Positions 10,679 through 18,932 of a stretch of DNA of 64,000 nucleotides are shown here, piece by piece. The position numbers were made by a program, and so were the translations under genes. The stretch comes from Candidatus Bathyarchaeota archaeon (GTDB lineage: Archaea > Thermoproteota > Bathyarchaeia > Bathyarchaeales > DTEX01), in NCBI GenBank assembly GCA_018396655.1, contig JAGTQF010000002.1, positions 5,962 through 69,961 of the forward strand. The letters run 5' to 3'. The first letter of the stretch is position 1. Every line of letters starts with the position of its first letter. The notes below the pieces were generated by a model. That model searched no databases. It worked only from the letters and a program-made list of their open reading frames with translations, and had not been told where the DNA came from.

Positions 10679-11713
10679 ATGGGAAGAACTACTAAGCCCA
10701 TAGTTGGTGTGACGATTGGCGACCCAGCTGGGGTTGGACCGGAAATATCCATGAAAGCCCTTCTTAAGTCCAGCGTCTATAATATATGTAAGCCTGTTTT
10801 AGTAGGTGATTTATCGATTCTGGAAGCCATTAGCAGAAATCTTGGGCTTAATGTAAGGTTTAGGGTTATAGATTCGCCATGTGAGGCTAGAGGTGAGAGG
10901 GGCCTAATCGAAGTAATAGACCTAAGGAATGTTGATATAAAGAGTCTGCCTATTGGAGTGGCATCAGCAGAATCCGGCAGAGCGTCAATAGAGTATATTG
11001 AGAGGGCAGTTTATTACGCTCTGAAAGGTGAGATTAACGCTATAGCAACAGCTCCAATAAATAAGAAGGCAATAAATTTGGCTGGAAGCAGGCATATTGG
11101 GCATACGGAGATTCTAGCGGCGCTCTGTGGTGTTAAAGAGCCACTAACAATGTTCTGGGTCAGGGGAATCAAAATATTCTTCTTAACGAGACATATGCCG
11201 TTAATCGAGGCCATAAAGGCCGTTAAGAAGGATAGAATTGTTAGCATGACATTGAAGATTAAAGAGGCTTTGGAGCATTTAGGGATAAAAGAGCCAATGA
11301 TAGCGGTGGCAGCGCTGAATCCTCATGCAAGCGATGAAGGTTTAATTGGCAGAGAGGAGGCTGAGGAGATAACTCCGGCAATAGAGGAGCTGAAGAGGAT
11401 GGGCTTAAATGTCATCGGCCCCCTTCCGGCTGATAGTATATTTCATCAGGCATTAGAACGTAAGTTTGACGTTGTTTTATCACTCTATCACGACCAGGGA
11501 CACATAGCCGCCAAAACCCTAGATTTTTATGGCACCGTCGCTGTAACCCTCGGGCTTCCATTCATTAGGACAAGCGTTGACCATGGAACAGCCTATGATA
11601 TTGCATGGAAGGGGTTAGCGAATCCAAGAAGCCTATTTAAGGCTATTGAGTTAGCCGCAAAGCTCTCTAGGGGTTTACTCTCCCATGAAGGGTTGATTGT
11701 TACGGATGCGTAA
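10679..11713 (+). CDS. PdxA-family 4-hydroxy(threonine/threonate)-4-phosphate dehydrogenase-like protein
   Basis: IGDPAGVGPEI, HIGHTEILA, LNPHASDEG, LYHDQGHIAAK and RTSVDHGTAYDIAWKG are the conserved PdxA blocks. Confidence 0.85.
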   Translation: MGRTTKPIVGVTIGDPAGVGPEISMKALLKSSVYNICKPVLVGDLSILEAISRNLGLNVRFRVIDSPCEARGERGLIEVIDLRNVDIKSLPIGVASAESGRASIEYIERAVYYALKGEINAIATAPINKKAINLAGSRHIGHTEILAALCGVKEPLTMFWVRGIKIFFLTRHMPLIEAIKAVKKDRIVSMTLKIKEALEHLGIKEPMIAVAALNPHASDEGLIGREEAEEITPAIEELKRMGLNVIGPLPADSIFHQALERKFDVVLSLYHDQGHIAAKTLDFYGTVAVTLGLPFIRTSVDHGTAYDIAWKGLANPRSLFKAIELAAKLSRGLLSHEGLIVTDA

Positions 11714-12098
11714 AGTTATTTTTGACGCAAACTTTCTACTTGTTCCATTCCAGTTTAAAATAGATATTTTCGATAGTATAGAGGCTTTGATTGGGCGCTT
11801 TAAACCGATTGTGCTCTCAACAACACTAGAGGAGCTTAAGAAGCTTTCTATGGGAAAGTCTGAGAAGACTCGTAGATATGCTCTCTCAGCTCTTGAGCTG
11901 GCTAAAAAGTGTAAGGTTATTAATGTAAAGGCTGAGCTGAGTGAGAGCCACGATGATGTCATACTGCGCGTTGCTAGGGATGGGCAGTTTATAGTTGCAA
12001 CAAACGATAGTAAGCTCAGGAGGAGACTTAGAGAGGCTGGCGTTACGACGATATTCCTTAGGCAGAAGGCATATCTCCAAGTAGATGGAGTTGTTTAA
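11706..12098 (+). CDS. PIN-domain protein, Fcf1/Utp24-like (archaeal COG1412 type)
   Basis: VIFDANFLLVPFQFKIDIF ... IVATNDSKLRRRLREAGVTTIFLR matches the Fcf1-like PIN pattern rather than VapC. Overlaps the PdxA-like stop by 8 nt. Confidence 0.75.
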   Translation: MRKVIFDANFLLVPFQFKIDIFDSIEALIGRFKPIVLSTTLEELKKLSMGKSEKTRRYALSALELAKKCKVINVKAELSESHDDVILRVARDGQFIVATNDSKLRRRLREAGVTTIFLRQKAYLQVDGVV

Positions 12099-12172
12099 TA
12101 TTATCTGTTCTGATTAGAAAGGTTTTAATAGTACCTCACTGAGATTTCCATTTAAGCCTTTGGAGGGACAGC

Positions 12173-12685
12173 TTGAAACTTGAGATTATTAATGTTAAAC
12201 TGAGCCCTCTAAAGGACGAGGATGTTAGGGCTATTGTTAATATTGAGCGCCATCCGGCCGTCAGGAAGTGGCTTGTAGAATACGCTGATGAGGAATACGA
12301 GAAGGAACTTGAGGAGTACAGGAGGTTCTTTAGCGAGCTTAAGAGTAACGATAGGGTTGAGGTTTTAGTTGCAAGAATAGATGGCCGCATAGTTGGCTTC
12401 TTGGCTCTTTGGCGCATTGATGACGCGGAGCGGATGACAAGCATTGGCATAAGCGTCCACCCAGACTATTGGGGTAGAGGCATAGCGACAAACCTCATAA
12501 AGGAAGCCATAAAGTTGGCTAGGGAGAATGGCGTTAAAAAACTCGTTATAGAGACTCTTGAGGAGAACAGCGCCATGAAGCACGTAGCCGAGAAACTTGG
12601 ATTTAAACTTGAAACTGTAAGGAAAGGCAAGATTTTCAAGGACGGCACATACCACGATGAGGATGTCTATTCATTGCGGTTGTGA
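12173..12685 (+). CDS. GNAT-family N-acetyltransferase (RimJ/RimL-like)
   Basis: YWGRGIATNLIKEAIKLARENG acetyl-CoA binding motif. GGAGGG lies 5 nt upstream of the TTG start. Confidence 0.8.
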   Translation: MKLEIINVKLSPLKDEDVRAIVNIERHPAVRKWLVEYADEEYEKELEEYRRFFSELKSNDRVEVLVARIDGRIVGFLALWRIDDAERMTSIGISVHPDYWGRGIATNLIKEAIKLARENGVKKLVIETLEENSAMKHVAEKLGFKLETVRKGKIFKDGTYHDEDVYSLRL

Positions 12686-12748
12686 ACTATCAAAAAATGT
12701 TGATAGAAAACTTTAAATATTGATTGTGATGTGCATACATTACACCTT

Positions 12749-12768
12749 GTAGCACCTAGGCGTGCTAC
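12749..12768. other. perfect 7-bp stem / 6-nt loop hairpin between the GNAT gene and kamA
   Basis: GTAGCAC-CTAGGC-GTGCTAC read directly. It lies 22 nt upstream of the kamA ATG, downstream of an AT-rich TATA-like stretch (ctttaaatattga). Confidence 0.3.
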
Positions 12769-12789
12769 AGTGAGCGCGCGAAATAGAAA

Positions 12790-13899
12790 ATGTCGGAAGA
12801 TTGGAAAAGTATTCTCAAAAAGAGCATAACTAGACCAGAGCAGATTCTAGAGCGATTTAAAGTCGATATAGAGCCCATTAAAGCAGTCGCCGAAAAATAT
12901 CCGATGTTTGTCTCAAGATACTATTTCAACCTCATTGAAGAGGTTGACGACCCAATATGGAAGCAGTGCATACCAAGCCCGCTGGAGCTCCAGGACCCAT
13001 ATGGATATGAGGACCCATTAAATGAGGAGGGTGACAGCCCAGTTCCAGGTCTGGTGCATAGATATCCGGATAGGGTTTTAATGTGCGTTTCAAATAGCTG
13101 TGCAACATACTGTAGATTCTGCACTAGGAAGAGAAAGGTCGGCAAGCCAGCAATAAACTTCACAGACGAAATATATTTAGCGCAAATTCAGTATGTCCGT
13201 GAAAACCCATCAATTAGGGATGTCCTCCTCTCGGGTGGAGACCCCTTCATGCTTCCAGATGAGAAGATTGAGTTCCTACTAAAGAAGCTTAGGGCGATAC
13301 CTCATGTTGAAATCCTGAGGATAGGCTCTAGGGTTCCTTGTACTCTACCGCAGAGAATAACGCCTAGATTGTGCCGCATGCTCAAAAAGTATCATCCACT
13401 ATACGTGAATGTCCATTTTGAGCATCCACGCGAGATAACTGATGAGGCTGAAAGGGCATGTGGATTGCTGGCTGATGCTGGCATACCTCTTGGAAACCAG
13501 TCAGTCCTTCTTAGGGGCGTAAATGATGACCCCGATGTCATGAAGAGTCTAGTTCAGAAGCTCCTTAAGATAAGGGTTAGACCATACTATCTCTTCCAAA
13601 TGGACTTGGTTAAAGGAACATATCATTTCAGGACTAGGGTTGAGGTTGGGCTGAAAATACTTGAGAACTTAATAGGGAAGACTTCCGGATTAGCTGTTCC
13701 GCGCTTCGTCATTGATGCTCCGGGAGGCGGAGGAAAAATACCGCTACAGCCAGAATACGTTCTCTCAATGGACGATGAGAAGGTTGTCCTAAGGAATTAT
13801 GAGGGAAACATCTATGTCTATCCACAGATACCTCGTGGGGGCGAGGAAATTCCTTCAACACCAAGATTCCACCAGCCATACGCTCAACTGAGAGGGTGA
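12790..13899 (+). CDS. kamA: lysine 2,3-aminomutase-family radical SAM/PLP enzyme (KamA/AblA/EpmB family)
   Basis: Radical SAM CATYCRFCTRK (CxxxCxxC), SGGDP, RVRPYYLFQMDLVKGTYHFRT and VIDAPGGGGKIP (PLP lysine block). Confidence 0.9.
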   Translation: MSEDWKSILKKSITRPEQILERFKVDIEPIKAVAEKYPMFVSRYYFNLIEEVDDPIWKQCIPSPLELQDPYGYEDPLNEEGDSPVPGLVHRYPDRVLMCVSNSCATYCRFCTRKRKVGKPAINFTDEIYLAQIQYVRENPSIRDVLLSGGDPFMLPDEKIEFLLKKLRAIPHVEILRIGSRVPCTLPQRITPRLCRMLKKYHPLYVNVHFEHPREITDEAERACGLLADAGIPLGNQSVLLRGVNDDPDVMKSLVQKLLKIRVRPYYLFQMDLVKGTYHFRTRVEVGLKILENLIGKTSGLAVPRFVIDAPGGGGKIPLQPEYVLSMDDEKVVLRNYEGNIYVYPQIPRGGEEIPSTPRFHQPYAQLRG

Positions 13900-13930
13900 A
13901 TCAACCCCATTGAGAGCGGCTTGAGGAGCT

Positions 13931-14986
13931 ATGACCCTCAAAGTTGGCTTAACATATAACCTCAGAAGAGAAGTTAAGGCGAGTGAGGGACTACCAGAAG
14001 ACTTCTATATAGAGTTTGATGAGGAGAGCACTGTTAACGCTATAGCCTCAGCCCTAAGGAGGGGTGGATGTAGAGTAACGAAGATTGAAGCGGATGAGAG
14101 AGCATATTATAGGCTGCGTAGGCTTAAGCCAGACATAGTTTTCAATATTGCTGAAGGGCTGCGTGGGGAAAGCCGAGAATCACATGTACCAGTCATTCTG
14201 GAGATGCTCGGCATACCATACACTGGCTCAGGACCAGCCACGCTGGCAATATGCCTTGATAAAGCCTTAACACATGTGGTTTTAAGTGCTCATGGCATTC
14301 CATCACCAAAGTTTCAGGTTTTTAGGCGGGCTGATGAGGAGCTCAATGGGAACTTAGATTTTCCACTCATCGTTAAGCCTCTAGCTGAGGGCTCAAGTAA
14401 GGGTATCAGAAGCAGCTCACTTGTAAGGGATGAGAATAGTCTTAGAAGGCAAGTTTCATGGGTCATAAAAACATATAATCAGCCAGCGATAGTTGAGGAG
14501 TTCATGCCTGGGAGGGAGTTCACGGTCGGCTTGATAGGCAATGAGGAACCCGTTGTCCTACCAATAGTTGAGATAGAACTCGATAAGCTGCCAAGCCAGG
14601 CAAGCCCAATTTACTCTTATGAGGCTAAGTGGATTTGGGATACTCCGGAGAAGCCGCTAGAAATATTTAGGTGCCCAGCGAGTATACCAAAGAACCTAGA
14701 GGATGAGATAAAAGAGATAGCCATAAAAACATTCAGGGTTTTAAATTGCAGGGACCTGTGCCGAATAGACATGAGATTAGATAGGGACGGCATACCTAGA
14801 GTTCTAGAGGTCAACCCTCTACCAGGATTAATACCGGACCCGAAATCACACTCATGCCTTCCAGAGGCTGCTAGGGCTGCTGGCTTCACATATGATGAGC
14901 TAATCTGCACAATTCTATGGCAAGCCCTAAAAAGATACGGTCTTCAACATCTATTTAAGGGAAGAAATCTTGTGAAAATCCCATGA
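13931..14986 (+). CDS. ATP-grasp ligase, D-alanine--D-alanine ligase-like family (paralogue A)
   Basis: HVPVILEMLGIPYTGSGP, FPLIVKPLAEGSSKGI, QPAIVEEFMPGREFTVGLIGN and RIDMRLD...VLEVNPLPGL. Starts 31 nt downstream of kamA. Confidence 0.85.
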   Translation: MTLKVGLTYNLRREVKASEGLPEDFYIEFDEESTVNAIASALRRGGCRVTKIEADERAYYRLRRLKPDIVFNIAEGLRGESRESHVPVILEMLGIPYTGSGPATLAICLDKALTHVVLSAHGIPSPKFQVFRRADEELNGNLDFPLIVKPLAEGSSKGIRSSSLVRDENSLRRQVSWVIKTYNQPAIVEEFMPGREFTVGLIGNEEPVVLPIVEIELDKLPSQASPIYSYEAKWIWDTPEKPLEIFRCPASIPKNLEDEIKEIAIKTFRVLNCRDLCRIDMRLDRDGIPRVLEVNPLPGLIPDPKSHSCLPEAARAAGFTYDELICTILWQALKRYGLQHLFKGRNLVKIP

Positions 14987-15009
14987 ACCCCTCTCTTCCT
15001 CCCTAAGCT

Positions 15010-16032
15010 TTAACTCGACCATGGCACGTTCTTACCAGCCCTCTTAAGAGCAAAGCCCAGTATTCTCCTGACAAACTCTTCAAAGGTTATCCCAGCAGCC
15101 CTAAGAGACCTGACAAAGCCTGCTTCAGGCGATATGTCCGGGTTTGGATTGACTTCAAGAACATAGGGTTTTCCCACATCCTCTTTTAGGCGTATGTCAA
15201 CGCGGGCATAATCCCTACAGCCCAAAGCCCTATAGGCTTTTAATGCAGTTCTTTCAACGGCTACTCTTAGTTTCTCATCTATTTTTGCTGGGCAAATCGG
15301 TTTGGTCTTCGCATATTCTTCGCTGTCCTTAAGCCACTTAGCCGCATAATCCACTATCTTCGGCTCTCCCTCAAACTCAAATATTATCTCCGAAATTGGA
15401 AGAACTATTGGCTCCTCATTGCCGAGAATGGATACGTTGAACTCTCTTCCACTAATATATTCCTCCACAAGGGCTGGCTGACCATAAACGCTATTCACAT
15501 ATTCTACTTGGCTTCTGAGCTCCTCCATATTCCTAACAAAACTGCCTCTAGTAATTCCTATGCTGGCATCCTCCCTCAGAGGCTTGACGAACAATGGAAA
15601 CTTTAATCCTCGCCTCAGCACATCAGCCCGGCTCATTACTTGATATTTTGGTGTTGGAATATTATTGGCTCTTAAGATGGCTTTAGCTAAGCCCTTATCT
15701 TGACATAATCCAAGCGTTAGTGGACGCGAGCCAGTGTATGGTATGCCAAGCATCTCTAAGATGGCCGGAACGTGCATCTCGAGGCTGCTGTCGCCTAAGA
15801 AACCCTCAGAGAGATTGACAACAATATCTGGCTTATGCTCCTTCAAAATCTTAATAACCTCCTCAACATCACCCTTTAAAGGTATCTCATAGTGCTGGAG
15901 ACCAAGTTTTCTTAGGGCTTCCTGAACCGCTTGAACTTGGTCTAAAACCTCCGCTTCAGCCAAGTAATCTAGGCTTTCTCCCCTTAAAGGTTTTGTGGGG
16001 TAATTGAATAATATGCCAACCTTAAGTGTCAT
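15010..16032 (-). CDS. ATP-grasp ligase, D-alanine--D-alanine ligase-like family (paralogue B)
   Basis: HVPAILEMLGIPYTGSRP, FPLFVKPLREDASIGI, QPALVEEYISGREFNVSILGN and RVDIRL...VLEVNPNPD. Convergent with paralogue A across a 23-nt gap. Confidence 0.85.
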   Translation of the reverse strand: MTLKVGILFNYPTKPLRGESLDYLAEAEVLDQVQAVQEALRKLGLQHYEIPLKGDVEEVIKILKEHKPDIVVNLSEGFLGDSSLEMHVPAILEMLGIPYTGSRPLTLGLCQDKGLAKAILRANNIPTPKYQVMSRADVLRRGLKFPLFVKPLREDASIGITRGSFVRNMEELRSQVEYVNSVYGQPALVEEYISGREFNVSILGNEEPIVLPISEIIFEFEGEPKIVDYAAKWLKDSEEYAKTKPICPAKIDEKLRVAVERTALKAYRALGCRDYARVDIRLKEDVGKPYVLEVNPNPDISPEAGFVRSLRAAGITFEEFVRRILGFALKRAGKNVPWSS

Positions 16033-16142
16033 TTTACTGCACTCTCTTACATGAATCTCTGGAATAATACTCCAGTATATACTCTCTTAACTTTTAGGGG
16101 AAGCTGTTTATTAGGGGGTTCTTACTCGCTTTTAGCTTAACT

Positions 16143-17969
16143 ATGGTGGTAAGAGCTCTGATAAATGTTGCCTCAACAGCTAAAGCAACAATAAGAGGAA
16201 ACCTTAAAGTCCTCCTCCTTAGGGACCTCTCTCTAACGTTAATTGCCGGATTAAGCGGCGGATTAGATATAGTGTTCCTTAAGGAGATTCTTGGAGCGGA
16301 CGCTATAATCCTGAGTATTCTTGCGTCAATATGGTCTATGGTTTTTCTCATATTCATACTGGTTGGTGGATGGATATCAGACCAGTATAGCCGCAAGAAG
16401 ATGCTCATAATTGGAATGGCTCTAACATTACCGAACCCACTAATATTTGCATTTGCCCCAGATTGGCGCATAACTGTTGCAGCGCATTTTCTGGGAGCCG
16501 TAGGCACGGCGCTTGTTGCGCCAGCACATGTAGGGCTTCTTTTCGCCTACTCAGAGCAGAAGACGCGGAGCAGAACAATAGCCTTAATGAACACGATAAA
16601 TAGTGCAGCCAACATTATTATTCCACCTATAGGCGCGATATTAATCCAGACGTTAGGTGGTGGAAACCTAAATTGGATTAGAAATATATTCATCGCTCAA
16701 TTCTTCTTCTCGATAATAGTTCTGGCATATACTTGGAGGAGACTCGAAGATAAGCCGCCAACAGTTAGAAGGGCGCCTAAAAGCCTAGTACATGCTGTTA
16801 AAGATATTTTTGGGCAGATGGGCAGAATCTATAAGGTCTCTAAGGAGAGGGGTGCTACACCATGGCTCTTTCTGGCTTTAACTGGACCGTGGGCTTGGGA
16901 GGCTGTCGCCCCATTCTGGGTGGTATATGCTGCTGAGGTTTGCGGTTCACCAATAATTATTTTGGGCTTTCTACCATCAGTCTATAACCTAACGGCAGCA
17001 CTACTGATGCTACCATTTGCTGAGATATCCGATAGGAAGGGTAGGAAAAAGGTGATTTTATTAGCCCGTCCATTCCTATACCTCTGCATAATCCTCCTCC
17101 TAATTGGCGGAACATTTAGGGGATTAATGTTTGCACCATTCATCCCGCTTATAGCATGGATATTTAGGGCTGTTGGCGACTCCTCAGGGCCATCGTGGAC
17201 GGCTGCATCGACGGAGGTCATTCCGGAGGAGCTACAGAGCGAATGGGAGGCAACAAGAGACTTTCTCTGGAGAAGCATGAGCATACCGGCAGTTATAACT
17301 GGCGGCATACTATGGAATATAGACCCGAGATTACCCTTCCTCATGGCTCTTTGTGTTGACGGCTTAATTAGACTTCCAATCCTAGCGTATAAAATACCAG
17401 AAACGTTAATTGTTCATGGGCATCACCATCCAACCGGCCCACACATAATCCTCTATGGGCTCCCCGGAGCTGGTAAAACATCCATCGCCCGCCTAGTTCA
17501 GAGGGAGCTATCGCTAGAAGTTATCGACGAGAGCGTGTTTGCTAGGGAGGAAGAAGATAAGGATACTGCGATTCAGATACCGTTCATACGTAATGGTAAC
17601 GGGGAGGAGAAGATTGAGGAGAAGCTGAATGCCATCCTATCTAGAAGGGATAAGGCTGTTATAATTGAGGGTGAGCCAGCAATATTTGCCGCAAAGGATG
17701 AGGATAAAGGCCTGATAGTTCTACTAGTGGCCCCGAAGGATGAGAGGGTTAGAAGGGAAATTAAAAAGCACGGTGGACCGGATTTCCTAGCATTCAAAAG
17801 AATAGAGGAGGAGGACCGCAAAATCGCCAAGTTAACTCGCCAGCTCTTCGGAGCCGATATATCGAAGCTACCGCCCTTCGATATAGCTATAAATACGGAG
17901 CGAATCCCGCCTGAAAAAATCGTGAAGATTATTGCGTTGCTCCGTGGGGAGGAGAAGGCGGAGAAATAA
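16143..17969 (+). CDS. MFS-type transporter fused to a C-terminal P-loop (cytidylate-kinase-like) domain
   Basis: About 420 aa of repeated hydrophobic helices with MFS-like loops (DQYSRKKMLIIG, SDRKGRKKVILL). Then an HGHHHP linker, Walker A LYGLPGAGKTSIARLV and a soluble tail of about 170 aa. Confidence 0.75.
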   Translation: MVVRALINVASTAKATIRGNLKVLLLRDLSLTLIAGLSGGLDIVFLKEILGADAIILSILASIWSMVFLIFILVGGWISDQYSRKKMLIIGMALTLPNPLIFAFAPDWRITVAAHFLGAVGTALVAPAHVGLLFAYSEQKTRSRTIALMNTINSAANIIIPPIGAILIQTLGGGNLNWIRNIFIAQFFFSIIVLAYTWRRLEDKPPTVRRAPKSLVHAVKDIFGQMGRIYKVSKERGATPWLFLALTGPWAWEAVAPFWVVYAAEVCGSPIIILGFLPSVYNLTAALLMLPFAEISDRKGRKKVILLARPFLYLCIILLLIGGTFRGLMFAPFIPLIAWIFRAVGDSSGPSWTAASTEVIPEELQSEWEATRDFLWRSMSIPAVITGGILWNIDPRLPFLMALCVDGLIRLPILAYKIPETLIVHGHHHPTGPHIILYGLPGAGKTSIARLVQRELSLEVIDESVFAREEEDKDTAIQIPFIRNGNGEEKIEEKLNAILSRRDKAVIIEGEPAIFAAKDEDKGLIVLLVAPKDERVRREIKKHGGPDFLAFKRIEEEDRKIAKLTRQLFGADISKLPPFDIAINTERIPPEKIVKIIALLRGEEKAEK

Positions 17970-18107
17970 AGTAAGCGATAAAAATTTATGTTAGGATAAG
18001 GTGAGTAGAGGGCTGAGGATGCGCTGGCCTTTAATTGGCTAAAGTTTATGAGGAGTGGAGGATTACTTTAAGCAGTTGGCTAGGAGAGAAATGCCAAGAG
18101 GAATCGT

Positions 18108-18860
18108 ATGATGGTCTTTTATATCGCATATAAGGCTTCTAGGGAATGCAAGAATAGGAGCATAATATCTAGGAAGCTTAAGGCTTTGGGCTGCAAGCGT
18201 ATATGCAGTTCCTTCTGGGAGGTGAATGAGCATAAGATTGATGAGGTTCTAAAGGCTGTGTGTGAGAATCAGCCAATACTCCTTAGGAGAACGCGGGAAA
18301 TTAGAAGACCAGAATACGATGACGAGGGAAATATAGTTGATTTGGGAAGCTTAATAGTCCTCACTTATAATGCCGAGAGAAATGAGAGTGGAAGAATTAA
18401 GGGGTTGCTTGCGAGAACACCTTATATAAGGCTATGCCGCTCGGTGTATGCTTTCTGCCAGAATAGCCGCCAATACAATAAGAAGGGTGAGGTGTCTGAT
18501 GTGAACCAAATACTTGCGCTATTAAGGGAGGGTGAAGCAAAGATTTTCTCAAGAATGGTAGTAGTGAATAATAGCGCCGAGACTATAAATATGCTGCTTG
18601 AGAGAGTGAAGGCTAGAATCATGAGGAGAACTGAGAAGATTCTTGAGGGTTACAAAATCCTTGCACAAACCCTCTTAAATGGGCATGCCGATAGAAAGCG
18701 TATGATTGAGGAGGAGAAAAAGCTTTATAGCGAATTTATAGCCCTAAGGAAGATGGCTATTTTTTATGAGAGATGGCTTAGGATAGATTTAGCTGGAAGC
18801 CTTATGAAAGTTTATTCAGCTATGAGAAAATTCCAATCGTTAAAAACGAGCGCGGCCTAA
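18108..18860 (+). CDS. hypothetical protein (ORFan): two ferredoxin/Cas2-like beta-alpha-beta patterns plus a helical C-terminal domain
   Basis: 250-aa ORF with no family recognised. See the findings for the pattern argument. Confidence 0.6.
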   Translation: MMVFYIAYKASRECKNRSIISRKLKALGCKRICSSFWEVNEHKIDEVLKAVCENQPILLRRTREIRRPEYDDEGNIVDLGSLIVLTYNAERNESGRIKGLLARTPYIRLCRSVYAFCQNSRQYNKKGEVSDVNQILALLREGEAKIFSRMVVVNNSAETINMLLERVKARIMRRTEKILEGYKILAQTLLNGHADRKRMIEEEKKLYSEFIALRKMAIFYERWLRIDLAGSLMKVYSAMRKFQSLKTSAA

Positions 18861-18932
18861 GATTAGGAAATGCCATTATTTCTAAAAAATAATATTGGGG
18901 TTTTTGGTTTATTAGGAGGGCTTTCTGGGGCT

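Noticed and set aside
11706-12098. The PIN-domain gene was considered as a VapC toxin of a toxin-antitoxin pair.
   Set aside because: The sequence pattern (FDANFLL...IVATNDSKLRRRLREAG..IFLR) is that of the housekeeping Fcf1/Utp24-like archaeal PIN. No small antitoxin ORF precedes it, because it overlaps the PdxA-like gene.
17970-18107. Intergenic gaps (17970-18107, 19062-19291, 22533-22609, 30528-30730, 46634-46760, 59184-59303, 62014-62439) were scanned by eye for tRNA T-loops (GTTCGAATC-like), 5S or 7S RNA, and C/D-box (RTGATGA...CTGA) sRNAs.
   Set aside because: I found no convincing cloverleaf arms and no paired C/D or C'/D' boxes. The gaps are AT-rich and promoter-like. A covariance-model scan (tRNAscan-SE, Infernal/Rfam) would be needed for certainty.
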